The position numbers and the translations under genes are program-made. Shown one piece after another: positions 1-12,919 of a stretch of 64,000 bases of DNA. A model generated the notes under the pieces. That model was given only the letters and a program-made list of their open reading frames with translations, was not told the DNA's origin and searched no databases. How positions within the stretch are numbered: the stretch's first letter is position 1; every line of letters starts with the position of its first letter. This DNA is from Heptranchias perlo. Its lineage: Eukaryota. The stretch lies in assembly GCF_035084215.1 (NCBI RefSeq), contig NC_090329.1, forward strand, positions 108,190,001-108,254,000. The letters run 5' to 3'.

Positions 1-990
1 ATTTGCAATTTTCCAATCCAATTGCACAATTTCCCAAATCAAGAGAACCTTGGAAAATGATGCCTAATGCATCTGCAATTTCCTCATCTATTTCTTTTAA
101 TACCTGGGGGGGGGGTAGAGACAGGGGAGGGGGAGAGGGAGACCATCAGGTCCTGGAGTTTTGTCCACCTTAAGTCCCATATTGTCTCCATTATCATTTT
201 TTAAACTTGTATTAAATCCAATAAATTCCTCCTCGACTTATTTTTAGGTTCCCTGGTATTTTATCCTAATCATCTACTGTGAAGATTGATACAAAGTACT
301 GATCTAACAAGTCACCATTTCTTTATTTTCGATTACATCACCTAGTCTGTCTTTAATGGGACAACATTCCCTTTACCACTCTCTTTCTCTTAATATATTT
401 ATAAAATCTTTTATTGTTAGCTTTGATATGCCTTGCAAGTTTTTTTTATTATATTGCCTTTTTGTATACCTTTATTGCTTTTTATAGCTCTCCCAATCTG
501 CTGGATTTAGTGCTTTACTTTTTAAATGGGAATTGGCATCCATTCTATCTTTATTCTTTCATCTACATTGGTTATTAAAAGGAGCACTCTAATCATGGCT
601 CAGGGAGAAAAATATGTACCCATGAAATGGAGTAAGGCTGTTTGAGCTCATTTCACATAGGATCTAACTGGTAGGGAGAGCAGATTTTCAACCATCAGTC
701 TGGAATAATTTCAAAGGCAGGTTCCATGGTCAATGTTACAATGCCACTCAATCCCTCGAACATGACATTATAAATACTCCTCTGACAAAATACACCAGGA
801 AATAAACTTTCTGCATTTTTCTTTTTCTCCAGTTCCTGCTGTTAACCGCTTGCTTGGTCATTATGAAAAAAAACACACTAGTATGTCTTGTATGAAAGTA
901 ATATACATTTATATTAGTGTCCACTTCCCAGTCCTGGTCCTGTAAACTTCTTGCTGTCAAACCATTACTCAGTATTTTCTCTCAAGCTTA
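1..990 (-). mobile_element. Degraded CR1 LINE ORF2 fragment
   Basis: Minus strand carries CR1 ORF2 motifs (KVDKTPGPDG at ~144-173, EEIADA at ~70-87). They are homologous to the better-preserved CR1 at 25-27.8 kb. Many stops; ends approximate. Confidence 0.65.
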
Positions 991-1209
991 GCTAGATGCC
1001 TGGCTTCTTTCAACTGAATGTATCTATCAATTATTTCACATTATACAGCCAGATCTCTCAAAAGCTTTGGAACTGTTCCTTAACAGAAATATACTATTTA
1101 CAGTAAAACATGTTTGCACACTCCAACTCACCAGCATCTGAACTGTTCCTTTAACAGTACTAACTCTACAAATTGAGATTTTATCTTCCTCCCATCTTTC
1201 CACTGAGAC

Positions 1210-1540
1210 TCTTCGGCACAGTCAAATAAGCATCAGGTGCTTTCCAATATCTCAGCCAAGTGGTCATTATTCAATGTGAGCTTTGAGAGAAAGGACAGCT
1301 TATTCAACAATGGGATGCATCATCCCCAAATCCAATCCTGTCCTCATCCAGCATCCATATTTGCACCTTCCAGCAGGAGTCATGACCAGGAGTAGTAACC
1401 CTGGCAGATATTTCCCTCTCTAAACCTGGGCACTGAGGCCAATTATAATGCCCATACTGCCATCCCAGCTGAAATGCGCTAGCTTAACAATGACCAATGA
1501 TCAAACCTGGGACCTTCCTAGTCTGCGCAACTCAGTTACG
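1210..1540 (-). mobile_element. tRNA-derived SINE, second family (AmnSINE2-like; name tentative)
   Basis: Shared blocks (ccaagtggccatt, ttccagcagg, actgaggccaatt, aaacctgggaccttcct) recur at ~5340-5580, 13640-13920, 24430-24640, 41180-41505, 50660-50960 and 55680-55905 on minus, and at 50280-50350, 50980-51150 and 62960-63130 on plus. Confidence 0.55.
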
Positions 1541-1775
1541 CACAGATAAATTGTAGGTGGAATTGAATCCTAGCAAGGCATTGGCGGCTTACGATGAATG
1601 GAAAAAATTGACAAAGTAAAAAGGTTTTGTGCAGCTAGAATGTGATTCACACGCCACTGAATTCAAGCAAGGGAGCTCTTGCTGAGCACACTCTGCTAGC
1701 CACATAATCCATCGACATGGTAAGCCCAGCAAGGACCACAAAACAGGCTAAGCGCACAATCAACCACAGCAAGCC

Positions 1776-1878
1776 GTTCTGAAAAAGGGTTGCAGCCAAA
1801 ACGTCAACTTGTCTCTTCTCTCTAGACACTGACTGACCCTGCTGTGTGGTTCCAACCATTTCTGTTCTTGCTTCAGAC
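1776..1878 (+). mobile_element. Penelope-like element terminal repeat fragment with degenerate hammerhead motif
   Basis: gttCTGAAAAagggttgcagccAAAAcgtcaac is a decayed minimal hammerhead core. Its downstream sequence is the reverse-complement homologue of 51270-51402. Confidence 0.5.
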
Positions 1879-2766
1879 ATAGGAACACAGAACAGGAATA
1901 GGCCATTCAGCCCCTCGTGCCTGCTCCGCCATTTGATAAGATCATGGCTGATCTGTGATCCAACTCCATATACTCGCCTTTGGCCCATAGCCCTTAATAC
2001 CTTTGGTTGCCAAAAAGCTATCTATCTCAGATTTAAATTTAGCAATTGAGCTAGTATCAATTGCCGTTTGCAGAAGAGAGTTCCAAACTTCTACCACCCT
2101 TTGTGTAGAAAAGTTTTCTAAGCTCACTCCTGAAAGGTCTGGCTCTAATTTTTAGATTGTGCCCCCTACTCCTAGAATCCCCAACCAGTGGAAATAGTTT
2201 CTCTCTATGCACCCTATCCGTTCCCCTTAATATCTTATAAACTTTGATCAGATCACCCCATAACCTTCGAAACTTCAGAGAATACAACCCCAATTTGTGC
2301 AATCTCTCCTCGCAACTTAACCCTTGAAGTCCGGGTATCATTCTGGTAAACCTACGCTGCACTCCCTCCAAGGCCAATATGTCCTTCCGAAGGTGCGGTG
2401 CCCAGAACTGCTCACAGTACTCCAGGTGCGGTCTAACCAGGGTTTTGTATAGCTGCAGCATAACTTCTGCCCCCTTGTACTCCAGTCCTCTAGATATAAA
2501 GGCCAGCATTCCATTAGCCTTCTTGATTATTTTCTGCACCTGTTCATGACACTTCAATGATCGATGTACCTGAACCCCTAAGTCCCTTTGGACATCCACT
2601 GTTTTTAACTTTTTACCATTTAGAAAGTACCTTGTTCTATCCTTTTTTGATCCAAAGTGGATGACCTCATATTTGTCTACATTGAATTCCATTTGCCACA
2701 GTTTGGCCCATTCGCCTAATCTATCAATATCGCTTTGTAATTTTATGTTTTCATCTACACTGCTCT
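1879..2766 (-). mobile_element. 5'-truncated CR1 LINE (RT C-terminus + 3' UTR)
   Basis: ORF 2057..2692 has MEFNVDKYEVIHFG, LYKTLVRPHLEYCEQFWAPH and LEGVQRRFTRMIPGL. CR1 3' tail (gaatggcctattcctgttc) near 1880-1910. Confidence 0.92.
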
Positions 2767-3177
2767 TTATACTTCACTATCTCAGGGTTGCCCTCCTAGG
2801 AGGCCACTCGCCGGTACCGACCCCGTCCCGGGGGGGGGGGGGGACCCCCTCTTCCCCTGCAAACATCAATACACTTCAAGCCCCCAGTCCTAACTTCCGA
2901 AAGAGAGTCAGCAACCCACAGGACAACATGAGCACTGCATTGTTATTCGGTTGCAGAACAAAGCGACAGGAGTTAAAGAGCCGGCGGGTGTGCACCAGCC
3001 CTGGAGACCCGGCGAAGCCCACGACTGAAACCCTCTGCGCCATCCGCTGCAGGGAGCCGCATTGTTACAGTCCCCCGTGGCTTGTGTGTGTGTGTGTGTG
3101 GAGAGAAACGGTGAGCCTGGGCGACCCGGAGCTCCCCATCGCCCAGATGGAAGGGCCGAGGGCTCGGCCTCACTTAC

Positions 3178-3216
3178 ACTGTCCAGCCGCTTGGCCTCGG
3201 GGTAGTCGTGAGCCAT
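3178..3216 (-). CDS. First coding exon of a host gene transcribed toward the window start (MAHDYPEAKRLDS, phase-0 donor); candidate prolyl endopeptidase (PREP-like) N-terminus
   Basis: ATG at 3216 (acgATGG) lies directly downstream of a CpG-island promoter. 13 codons are followed by a canonical GTAAGT donor (plus-strand acttac 3172-3177). The YPxxxR pattern resembles prolyl oligopeptidase N-termini, but 13 aa cannot fix identity. Confidence 0.5.
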
Positions 3217-3365
3217 CGTTACCGGTCACCGAGCCACCCGCGCCAGGCTCGCACCAACCGCCAGCCCGCCTCGCGCCCGCCGCCGGAAGTGCCCCCCCCT
3301 CCTCCTCCCCGCGCGCGCGCGCGCAGGCGCGGAAGTGAATCCGGGTCACGTGGGCGCGGGCATGA
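3217..3365. promoter_or_regulatory. CpG-island housekeeping-type promoter (ETS x2, NRF1-like site, E-box)
   Basis: CpG-rich non-repeat island at ~2790-3420. CCGGAAGTG at 3283-3291, GCGCAGGCGC at 3321-3330, CGGAAGTG at 3330-3337, GTCACGTG at 3345-3352. Confidence 0.8.
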
Positions 3366-3623
3366 GTTGGCATTGGCAACCTACCCGGAGGAAAGAGACC
3401 AACCGCCGAAGGCTATTCCACCAACCCCCCCTCCCCGGGATCAGGTTGACTCCTTCCCTCCCTCTCTCCCTCCATACTTTGCTGTCTTCCACTCAGCCCA
3501 TTCATCTCTGGAGTGAAGATCCTGCAGGGTTTCCCCCTCCCAAGAGATAAATCGTCCAAATCTCCCAGAACTTGTACCAGAGGTGGTCCAAACCCTGGAC
3601 CATAACCAGCCGCAGGCGGTTCA

Positions 3624-4060
3624 TGAAAGACCTTGAATTTACATCGCATCTTTCACATCCTCAGCACCTCCCAGAGTGCCAATAAGGTACTTTACAAGCG
3701 TAGTGACTGTTGTAACATAGGGAAACGCAGCAGCCAACGTGTGCACAGCGACGTCCCACAGACAGTAGTGAGATAAGTGACCTGTGACTCTGTTTTTGGT
3801 AGTGTTGGATGGGAGATAAATGTTGGCCAGAACTCAAGGAGAAATCCCTTGGTCGTCTTCAAATAGTGCTATGGGATCTTTCACATCCACCTACACAAGG
3901 TTTAATGTCTCTGAAAGATGGCACCTCCAGCAATGCAACGCTCCCTCTATACTGCACTGAGGTGTCAGGCTAGATTATGTGCTCAAGTCCCTGAGTGGGG
4001 CTTAAACCCACACCTTGTGACTCAGTTGCGAGAGTGCTTCCACCGAGCCAAAGCTGACAC
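3624..4060 (-). mobile_element. Full-length tRNA/Deu-type SINE (SacSINE1-like) with L2-type 3' tail
   Basis: Reverse complement shows a tRNA-like head (ggctcggtgg...ggtttaagccc), a central core (gtggatgtgaaagatcccatagcactatttgaag) and a tail ending in aaattcaaggtctttc. Confidence 0.8.
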
Positions 4061-4863
4061 TTGACCTGTAAAGCCCCAGTGACTCAACTACCTGTAGATC
4101 GCTGCTGAAACAAAGCAGCAAATTCATACAGTTGTTCTAATTTTTTTTTGGCGTAGAGTTGGATTGGGGAGTTCCTTTATGTATTTTCAATTTAACTTTG
4201 GGGTGTTTTTATACGTATGTCTTAAATTGGGTACTTGCATTGTAATTCATATACGTGGCCCATGGGGTTCCATTTTACTAGTCTAGTGACCCAAAAATCT
4301 TTTGTGGCACCATTTTAAAAATAAACTCAGCTAAGGTTACCAGTTGTAAGATTTTGGACCCTGCTATCTGGAAATTTGTAAAACATATATAACCAGATGC
4401 CAAAAACCTGATTTTCAAATCAGAAGTCTGTTCATTTTTTCTACCTCTGTCTACCCTTATAAGATCTTAAATTTTAAGATTACTGTGGTTTTCATTGATT
4501 TTTTTTTATCTGCAGTAGATTAAATATGAAAATTGAATCCATGATCCCATCATGATTAAAAGCAGCCAGATTTTGAGCAATCCAAGAAAGAGCCCCAATG
4601 CTTTATTTGGTAAGTGTATTACCCAATGTGGAGCTGAGCCATATGAATAGAGCCTAGTATGGGCTGGGTCTGCTGAGTTTTTCCTTCAACCAATTGGTCA
4701 GCTGGATTGTGGAGAGGGTACTGATAGTCTTTTGATGTTACGCATAGTCATAGCGATATGTTCAAATGTTGTCCAGCAGTTCACATTGGCAGTGAGTGGG
4801 ACTTGAGAAAAGCCCCAAAGCCGCTATTTTTTTTTCAATGGAGCACTGGAAATCTGGGCTTTT

Positions 4864-5332
4864 CGTAGAATCTTACAGTACAGAAGGAGGCCATTCAGCC
4901 CATTGTGCCTGTGCCGGGTGGGTACAACAATTAGCCTGCGCCCCCTGGAGTGGGACTAATTTGAAAGAGCTCTCAAATTAGTCCCACTCCCCTGCCCTTT
5001 CCCCATAGCCATGCAAATGTTTCCTTTTCAAGTATTTATTCAATTCCCTTTTGAAAGTTGCTATTGAATCTGCTTCCACAACCCTTTCAGGTAATGCATT
5101 CCAGATCATAACAACTCGCTGCCTAAAAAAAATTCTTCTCCTCTCCCCTCTGGTTCTTTTGCCAATTTTCTTAAATCTATGTCCTCTGGTTACCCACCCT
5201 CCTGTCAGTGGAAACAACTTCTTCTTATTTACCCTATCAAAACTCGTCATAATTTTGAACACCTCTATTGAATCTTCCCATGACCTTCTCTGTTCTAAGG
5301 AGAACAATCCCAGCTTCTCTAGTCTCTCCACA
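4864..5332 (-). mobile_element. CR1 LINE 3' fragment
   Basis: ORF 4978..5520 contains ERLEKLGLFSLEQRR and FFRQRVVMIWNALPERVVEA. CR1 3' UTR at the left end. Confidence 0.88.
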
Positions 5333-5705
5333 GAGAGATCTGTTGCATAGTTACTGCCAGAATAGCTGTTGATGGGGTCTTCTCCAGTCCACATACAAGC
5401 ACTTTCTAACAAGGATCTCTGGATAGTGATTATGAGCTTATTTTTCCCTCTGGAGCCAGAGACATTGAGGCCAATATTACGGCCACTCTGGCTAAGATTA
5501 TCTAAATAGACTGGGATCAAACCTGGGTCCTTCCTGCATGGCTCAGCTTCACATTTGGTGGTACACTTACCAACCGGGCCATTGGGACCCTTGGGTTTCC
5601 CAAAGGTGGCCGGTATACCCTTCCCTAGACCAGGGGCGCAGGCTAATTGTTGTACCCACCCCAGCTGGCATCAGCTAATTCAGCACAAGCAGTTCAGAAA
5701 AGGCC

Positions 5706-6811
5706 CATGGGATCCAAGGGAATGTGGCAAATTGAATCCAAAATTAGCTCAGTGGCAGGAAGTAAAGGGTAATGGTGGACGGGTGTTTTTGCGACTGGAA
5801 GGCTGTTTACAGTGGGATGCCGTAGGGCTCGGCACTAGGGTCCTTTCCTTTTTGTGGTATACATTAACGATTTGGATTTAAACATAGGGGGGCATGATTA
5901 AGAAATTTGTGGATGATACAAAGAAAGGCCATGTGGTTGATAGTGAGGAGGAAAGCTGCAGACTGCAGGAAGATATCAACGGACTGGTCAGATAGGCAGA
6001 AAAGTGGCAAATGGAGTTCAATCCGGAGAAGTGTGAGGTAATGTATTTGGGAAGAGCAAACAAGGTAAGGGAATACACAATAAATGGGAGGATACTGAGA
6101 GGTGTAGAGGAAGTGAGGGACCTTGGAGTGCATGTCCACAGATCCCTGAAGGTAGCAGGACAGGTAGATAAGGTGGTTAAGAAGGCATATGGGATGCTTT
6201 CCTTTATTAGCTGAGGCATAGAATATAAAAGCAGGGAGGTTATGCTGGAATTGTATAAAACACTAGTCAGGCCACAGCTTGATTACTGCGCACAGTTCTG
6301 GTCACCACATTACAGGAAGGATGTAATTGCACTAGAGAGGGTGCAGAGGAGATTTACGAGGATGTTGCTAGGGCTGGAGAATTTTAGCTATGATGACAGA
6401 TTAGATAGGCTGGGGTTATTTTCCTTGAAACAGAGGAGGCTGAGGGGTGGTTTGATTGAGGTGTACAAAATTATGAGGGGCCTAGATAGATTGGATAGGA
6501 AAGACCTATTTCCCTTAGCGGAGGGGTCAATAACTAGGGAGCATAGATTTAAAGTGAATGGTAGAAGGATTAGAGGGGAAATGAGGAAAACAATTTTCAC
6601 CCAGAGGGTGGTGGGGGTCTGGAACTCACTGCCTCAGAGAGTGGTAAAGGCAGAAACCCTCAACTCATTTAAAAAATACCCAGATGTGCACCTGAAGAGC
6701 CGTGACCTGGAGGAAAGTGGGATTAGGCTGGGTGGCTCGTTTCTCAGCCGGCACAGACACAATGGGCCGAATGGCCTCCTTCTGTGCCGTAAATTTTCTA
6801 TGATTCTATGA
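5706..6811 (+). mobile_element. 5'-truncated CR1 LINE (RT region to 3' tail)
   Basis: KFVDDTK, MEFNPEKCEVMYLG and LYKTLVRPQLDYCAQFWSPH motifs. Ends in a (ttctatga)n tail at ~6796-6811. Confidence 0.92.
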
Positions 6812-7295
6812 AATATAATTATTAAGAAAATGATAACAGCTTCATAAATGTTTCTATGTGAAATACCTTTGAATGAACTTCTGGTAATATATGTTTACAC
6901 ATTGCAATTATTGTCTTGCAGGATTTAAATTAAAAGTGGTTAGAATCCTGTAACTTTAAAATATCATGTTTCGTACAACTTGCTTAATATACATTGGCCA
7001 ACAGTACTAATTACACATCATGTGTAATAAATAATAGCTGAAAGTTATGTTTTAGCAACTAAACGACCTCTAACGCTCTGTTCTTTATGAATGGTTTTCA
7101 CAGTCTTACATTTTATGAGACACATTTTTCTATCTTGAGAACAGTTTTATTGATGATTAAAGCTAAATATGACATTTTATTTGCAGAAGGTAGCTCTACC
7201 TCTACTGTAAAATCTGGTGTTTAAGTGAGATATCATACGTATTTTTAATGTCCTCTACTGAATAATAACTTGAACACCAGTATCACTTATATGAA

Positions 7296-7625
7296 GGGGA
7301 AGTATTTTCAACGTCCACTTGAAACGACATGAAGTTGGCAGCGCGGCCCGACCAACGCCGCTTGGGGAAATCTGAACCATTTTCAGGTTCAGGCTTCATT
7401 TGAATGTAGCCAGCGAGCCGCAGGCGCCAAATGGGCTCCCCGCTGCAGCTTGCCGGCTGTGGGAGAGCAGACAATCAGCCTGCTCTTACACCGATTCCAG
7501 AGAAGGGCAAGCACGGGCCAGCAGTGGGCTGCAGTATTATTGTGGAGCCAGAAGGAGCATTCCTGCTTCTCCTGGGCTCACATAAATTCCACCCCCAAAA
7601 AAATTTCTGGGCCTTGTTAGGCCTC
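7296..7625. mobile_element. Degenerate non-autonomous Harbinger-related fragment
   Basis: Shares internal blocks (ccagaaggagc...ctgggc, caatcagcctg) with the TIR elements at 12196-12919 and 39058-39927. Confidence 0.4.
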
Positions 7626-8139
7626 TCGCCACTTGGTACGAATGGGCTGAGCGTGTGAGGATAGTAATCAGGAATGGGAGCCTCAGCAGACTTTTCCCTC
7701 CCTAGTTTGAGGACATTGGAACCAAACACAATCAATTTTCTGCTTTTATTGTGTTGGACTTTGGTAAACATCAATCATCAAATGAGCAGTTATTTTATAA
7801 TCCGGGCTACTTCCACTTCGTTGCACCCTGGGAGAAAATGTGAGTGGACTGTTTGTTTGGTCGCTAGTCTTCATGCACCATGGCAGACATTACTCTTCCA
7901 AGTAACATAACTTTGGATGGATGCCCAGGAACAGAATCACTACTTCCCCAAGATGGTCCTACCTTTGTCGGTACGATGACTTTCAACGTCATTTAATAGC
8001 CTGAAGATTCCAGGAAGAAAAGAAGACTGTATCTGAGTTCCATGGTTTTGTGGTCTTCCTGATTAGATCAGCTGATCCTATTTTAACCTCACATGTTTTT
8101 AAGGATAGATTTAACCTATTCAGGTGCATTACAAATACT

Positions 8140-10030
8140 AGAGGTATTTGTAACAAGATGCAACTGTTGTGGTAATTGGGAACTGTGATGTAATAGACAT
8201 CTCTGAAACATGATTGTTTCTGAAGCACAATGAAAACAATGAATGCAACTGCAAGGGTTTGGAGTATTCAGGAAGGTCAGATTGGACAGGAGTAGTTCTA
8301 TATGTCAGGGTCGCCCTGGAAAGTAAAGGCAGTAGATTTATTAGTACGTGATAGTTTCCCACTGTGCGAGTGTGGCTAGAAGTATATAGTGCAAAAGGAG
8401 CAGATTACTTTGGGGTTTTACAATAGACTAGGGTCAAAACAAAAAGGAGAATAGGTTACTCTATGAAGAAATAAGGAAGGTAAATGTAAATAGAAAAACC
8501 ATACGAATGGGGGAGTTAAATAGCCAAATATAAACTGGAATGCTCAAGCAGTCTAAAATCTGAACTAGTAAATGTAATGACTGACTACTTTCTAACCCAG
8601 TGCTTTAGGGATGCCATGACAGGCAACTCATATCTGGATTTGTTAATGACGAGTGATCCAAATAGCATACTATGACTGGAAGACTGGGTCACAGTGATCA
8701 TAATAACAACAACAACTTGCATGTATATAGCGCCTTTAACATAGTAAAACATCCCAAGGCGCTTCACAGGAGTGTAATCGGACAAAAAAATTGACCCCCA
8801 GCCAAAAAAGGAAACCTGAGGAAAGATGTAGGGTTTAAGGAGCGTCTTAAAGGAGGAGAGAGAGATGGAGAGGTTTAGGGAGGGAATTCCAGAACTTAGG
8901 GCCTAGGCAGCTGAAGGCACGGCCGCCAATGGTGGGGCGAAGGAAGTTGGGGATACACAAGAAGCCAGAATTGGAGGAATGCAGAGTTCTTAGAGTATAA
9001 TTAAATTTGACACTATCTGGGTATGGTAGACTCATAGTTATAGTCCTTGACTAGAAATCCAAAAGTTGTCAGTTCAAATCCCACCATGGCAAGTTGTGAA
9101 ATTGAATTCAATAAATCTGGTAATTTGTGGGCTAACACCAGAAAATGATCAGGAAAACTTCTGGATTGTTGTAAAAACTCAAATGGTTCACTATTATCAT
9201 TCAGGAAAAAGAACCTGCCACCCTACCAAATTTGGTCTGCATGTAATTCCAGTCCTACACTACATGGTTGACTCTTAATGCCCTCTGGCCTAGCATGCCA
9301 CTCAGTTGCTTCAAGAGAAAGACCCATCTCTCAGGGTAACTATGGATGGGCGATTAATGCGGCCTACCCATAAGTTCATATTATTGAGCATGCATGATAA
9401 ACACATACATAGTAAGCGCAGACTAAACAAACATGATCCTACCTAGATTAACAAGACAATATAAAGTGAAATAAGTACGGTAAACAAATTTTAAAGGCTG
9501 TAGATAGAAAGGCAACAGAAACTAGTGGGAAAAATATTGTAAAAAGGCAGCAAAAGACAAAGAGGGAACTAGGAAGAAGTATAGCTGTAGAAGCCAAACA
9601 CAACAATTAGACATTCTTCCAGCATTACAGCAATAAGAAGGTTATCAAAGATGAATTGAAATTCCTTAAGGATTTAAATCGGTTCAAAACTGAGGATGAA
9701 TTAAGTAAAGTGTATACTAAATGATTATTTCCTGGAAGTATTCACTAAAAACGACACCAGTGGCACACGTTCATCATTAAAAGTTCTACAGCTAAGCTTA
9801 ATGACATTTACATCACTTGGATGGAGTTCATAGACAGACTCAAAGGGCTCACAATCAACAAAGCGCTGGGGTAGGATGGTATATACCAAGGGTGCTAAGT
9901 AAGACTAGGGATAAAATCTACAATGTACGTTGGTCATTACGTGCGAGTCAATGAATACTGGACAGGTCTCACCAAATTGGAAACACACTTGAGATTACTT
10001 ATGTAAAAATTACACCATTATGGGAAGGGG
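8140..10030 (+). mobile_element. Old CR1 endonuclease/linker relic, interrupted by an L2 3' end (8703-8995, -) and a SINE (~9020-9365, +)
   Basis: Degraded APE-domain and linker motifs (DVIDISET, YLDLLMT, DGIYQGC-like). The L2 tail aacaacaacttgcatgtatatagcgcc starts at ~8708. Confidence 0.55.
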
Positions 10031-10086
10031 AGATCCTGCCTGACCAGCCTTGATGTGCTGTGAGGAAGTGACATCCAAGTGAATGT

Positions 10087-11303
10087 TGGATTTGTTAAAG
10101 GAAAATCATGTGTGACTAACTTGATTGAGTTCTTTGATGAAGTAACGGAGAGAGTTGACGAGGTTAGTGCGGTTGATGTTGTGTATATGGACTTTCAAAA
10201 TTCATTTGGTAAAGTGCCACATAACATACTTGTTAGCAAAATTAAAGCCCATGGGATTAAAGGGACAGCGGCAGCATGTATGCAAAATTGGCTAAGGGAG
10301 AGAAAGCAGAGAGTAGTGGTGAACGGTTGTTTTTCAGATTGGAGGGAAGTAAACAGTGGTGTTCCCTAGGTGTTGGTATTAGGACCACTGCTGTTTTTGA
10401 TATATATTAATGACCTGACCTTGGGTATACTGGGTATAATTTCAAAGTTTGCAGATGATACGAAACTCAGAAATGTAGTAAACAATGTAGAGGATAGTAA
10501 CAGACTTCAGGAGGACACATGACAGATGAAATTTAAATGCAGGGAAGTGTGAAGTGATACATTTTGGTAGGAAGAATGAGGAGAGGCAATATAAACTAAA
10601 TGGTACAATTTTAATAAGAGTGCAGGAACAAAGAGACCTGGGGGAATATGTACACAATCTTTGAAGGTGGCAGGACAAGGCTGTTAAAAAAGAGGCATAG
10701 AGTACAAAAGCAAGGAAGTAATACTAAACCTTTATAAAACACTGGATAGGCTTCAGCTGGAATATTGTGTTCAATTCTGGGCACCACATTTTAGGAAGGA
10801 TGTCAAGGCCTTAGAGAGGTTGCAGAAGAGATTTACTAGACTGGTACAAGGGATGAGGGACTTCAGTTATGTGCAGAGACTGGAGAAGCTGGGGTTGTTC
10901 TCCTTAGAACAGAGAAAGTTAAGAGGAGATTTGATAGAGGTGTTTAAAATCTTGAACGGTTTTGATAGAGTAAATCAGGAGAAACTGTTTCCAGTGGCAG
11001 AAGGGTCGAGAACCAGAGGACACAGATTTAAGGTGTTTGGCGAAAGAACCAAAGGTGACATAAGGAAACATTTTTTAACGCAGCGAGTTGTTATGTTCTA
11101 GAATGCACTGCCTGAAAGGGTGGTGGAAGCAGATTCAATAACAACTTTTAAAAGGGAATTGGATAAATGCTAGATGAGAAAAAATTTACAGGGCTATGGG
11201 GAAAGAGCAGGGGAATGGGACTATTTGGATAGCTCTTTCAAAGAGCCGGCACAGGCATAATGGGCTGAATGGCCTCCTTCTGTGCTGTATCATACTACTA
11301 TGA
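10087..11303 (+). mobile_element. CR1 LINE RT + 3' end
   Basis: GFVKGKSCVTNLIEFFDEVT, VYMDFQ, SGVP, KFADDTK and QRLEKLGLFSLEQR motifs, with stops and frameshifts. CR1 3' UTR at 11240-11303. Confidence 0.92.
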
Positions 11304-11499
11304 TGTTGTATAGGGTGGAACGTTCAACTTTGGTGCGGCATACAATGGGTGGTCCTGGAAGCTGTGTAGAGAAAGGGGCACAAGACTGATTCCTTAGTAT
11401 CAAAAGAAAAAAAAAATGCTTCACATCCAATTGGTTACTTTTGAAGTGCTGTTATATAGGCAAATCTGGCAGCTAATCATGCACTGGATCCTTGTGTTC

Positions 11500-11712
11500 A
11501 AATCCCTCCTTTGCCTCAACCCTGCCTAACTCTATAACGTCCTCCAGCTGTACTACCCTCCTCCAATTCTGGCCTCTTGCGCATCCCCAATTTTCATCGC
11601 TCCAACATTGGCAGGCGTGCCTTCAGCTGCCTAGGCCCTAAGCTCTAGAATTCCCTCCCTAAATTGCTCCGCCTCTCTAGCTCTCTCTCCTCCATTAAGT
11701 TGCTCCTTAAAA
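11500..11712 (+). mobile_element. L2 LINE 3' fragment
   Basis: ggcaggcgtgccttcagctgcctaggccctaagctctagaattccctccctaaa (GxRAFSCLGPKLxNSLP), matching the L2 ends at 8850-8990 and 31993-32197. Confidence 0.75.
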
Positions 11713-12195
11713 CTTCATCATTACTGCTGATCTTCTTCCCATTGGAGTGGCTTCAGGCTCCTGTCTATGCTTGCTGATTCCATCTACACCAAGTTGCCCT
11801 AATCCATCATAGCATCTACTGTGCACTGTCAAAGAAAGTATGGAAGATTAAAAACTTTCATAATCACCAACAACACTACATATTAAAACTCACAAATAGA
11901 TTTTGAGATCTTGAACAGAATACAAAGGACCATTATAATAATAACAATAATAATAATAATGTCACATCAAAATGTCCCGAAGTAAAAACGTCACAAGCAG
12001 TGATTTTGTTTTAAGTGCAGTAACTGCTGTTATGTAGTGGCAGTTATTCCCTATGCCAGCAACACTCCAGCAAATCCCTGCAAACAGCAATGAGATCAAT
12101 GAGTAGTTAACTTGTTTTTTGAAAGTATTGGTTCGGAAATGAATGTTGACCAGGACACTGGGAGATATCAGTGCTCTTGTTTGAAGAGAGACATT

Positions 12196-12919
12196 GAGGG
12201 TAATTTTAACCCCCAAGAACGGGTGGGCTGGGTAGTAAAATTTGTTGAATTCTTCAGCAGGACTGCATCTCGGCTCCAACGTGCCCACTTCCGGGTTTAA
12301 CTCAGGCTTGTTAGGATGCACGCTCAACATAAACCCGGATAATCCCGTCTCCACTTAAAGCCAGCAGGCTGATATTTAAAGGGGCAATGTACCTCATTGC
12401 GATAGTTGAGGCGCTTAATTTTTTGTGTATTAGAAATGTCAAACAAATTTAACCTTACCTATTCGGGTTTCCCATCGCTTCCGATTCACGTCAGGTGAAA
12501 GCAAGTGGGAAGGAAAGGGCCAGATCCATGAGGTGAGTGCCTTTGTTACATCGCTTGTGGTCCAGAAGGAGGAGGAGTCCTTCATCCAGGCCCATTAAGC
12601 TCACCTGGCTGACGGAGCCCCGCCCCCCGATCTTCTCCAAGGCCCACCCGATGTAGTCCATGTCCTCGTCCCCCAACCTGATTTCTTCCACGATCCACGG
12701 TCTCTCTCTCCCTCCCTCCTGTCTGATTAGTGGGTCTTTTCCCTTTCAACAGGCAGCCAGCCTGTCAATCTGGCTGCGTGCCCCATGGGAAACCCGGTAA
12801 ATGCTTACCTTCAATTAAGTTGCGATTGCAGAATGCAACGCACTTACTTGACTTCCGGGTTCCCCACGCGAATATCTATAAGCACGTTGGGTTCCCGGCT
12901 CCGAGCTAAAATCATGCCC
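12196..12919. mobile_element. Non-autonomous Harbinger (MITE-like) element
   Basis: Imperfect TIRs gagggtaattttaac / gctaaaatcatgccc, with flanks att/atg. Subterminal gcccacttccggg and ttaaagccagc blocks are shared with the autonomous element end at 15513-15700. Confidence 0.65.

Noticed and set aside
2661-3516. 225-aa and other ORFs across the CpG island
   Set aside because: Low-complexity Pro/Arg/Ala-rich frames that start in CR1 sequence and cross a TG microsatellite. Only the 13-codon exon has splice support.
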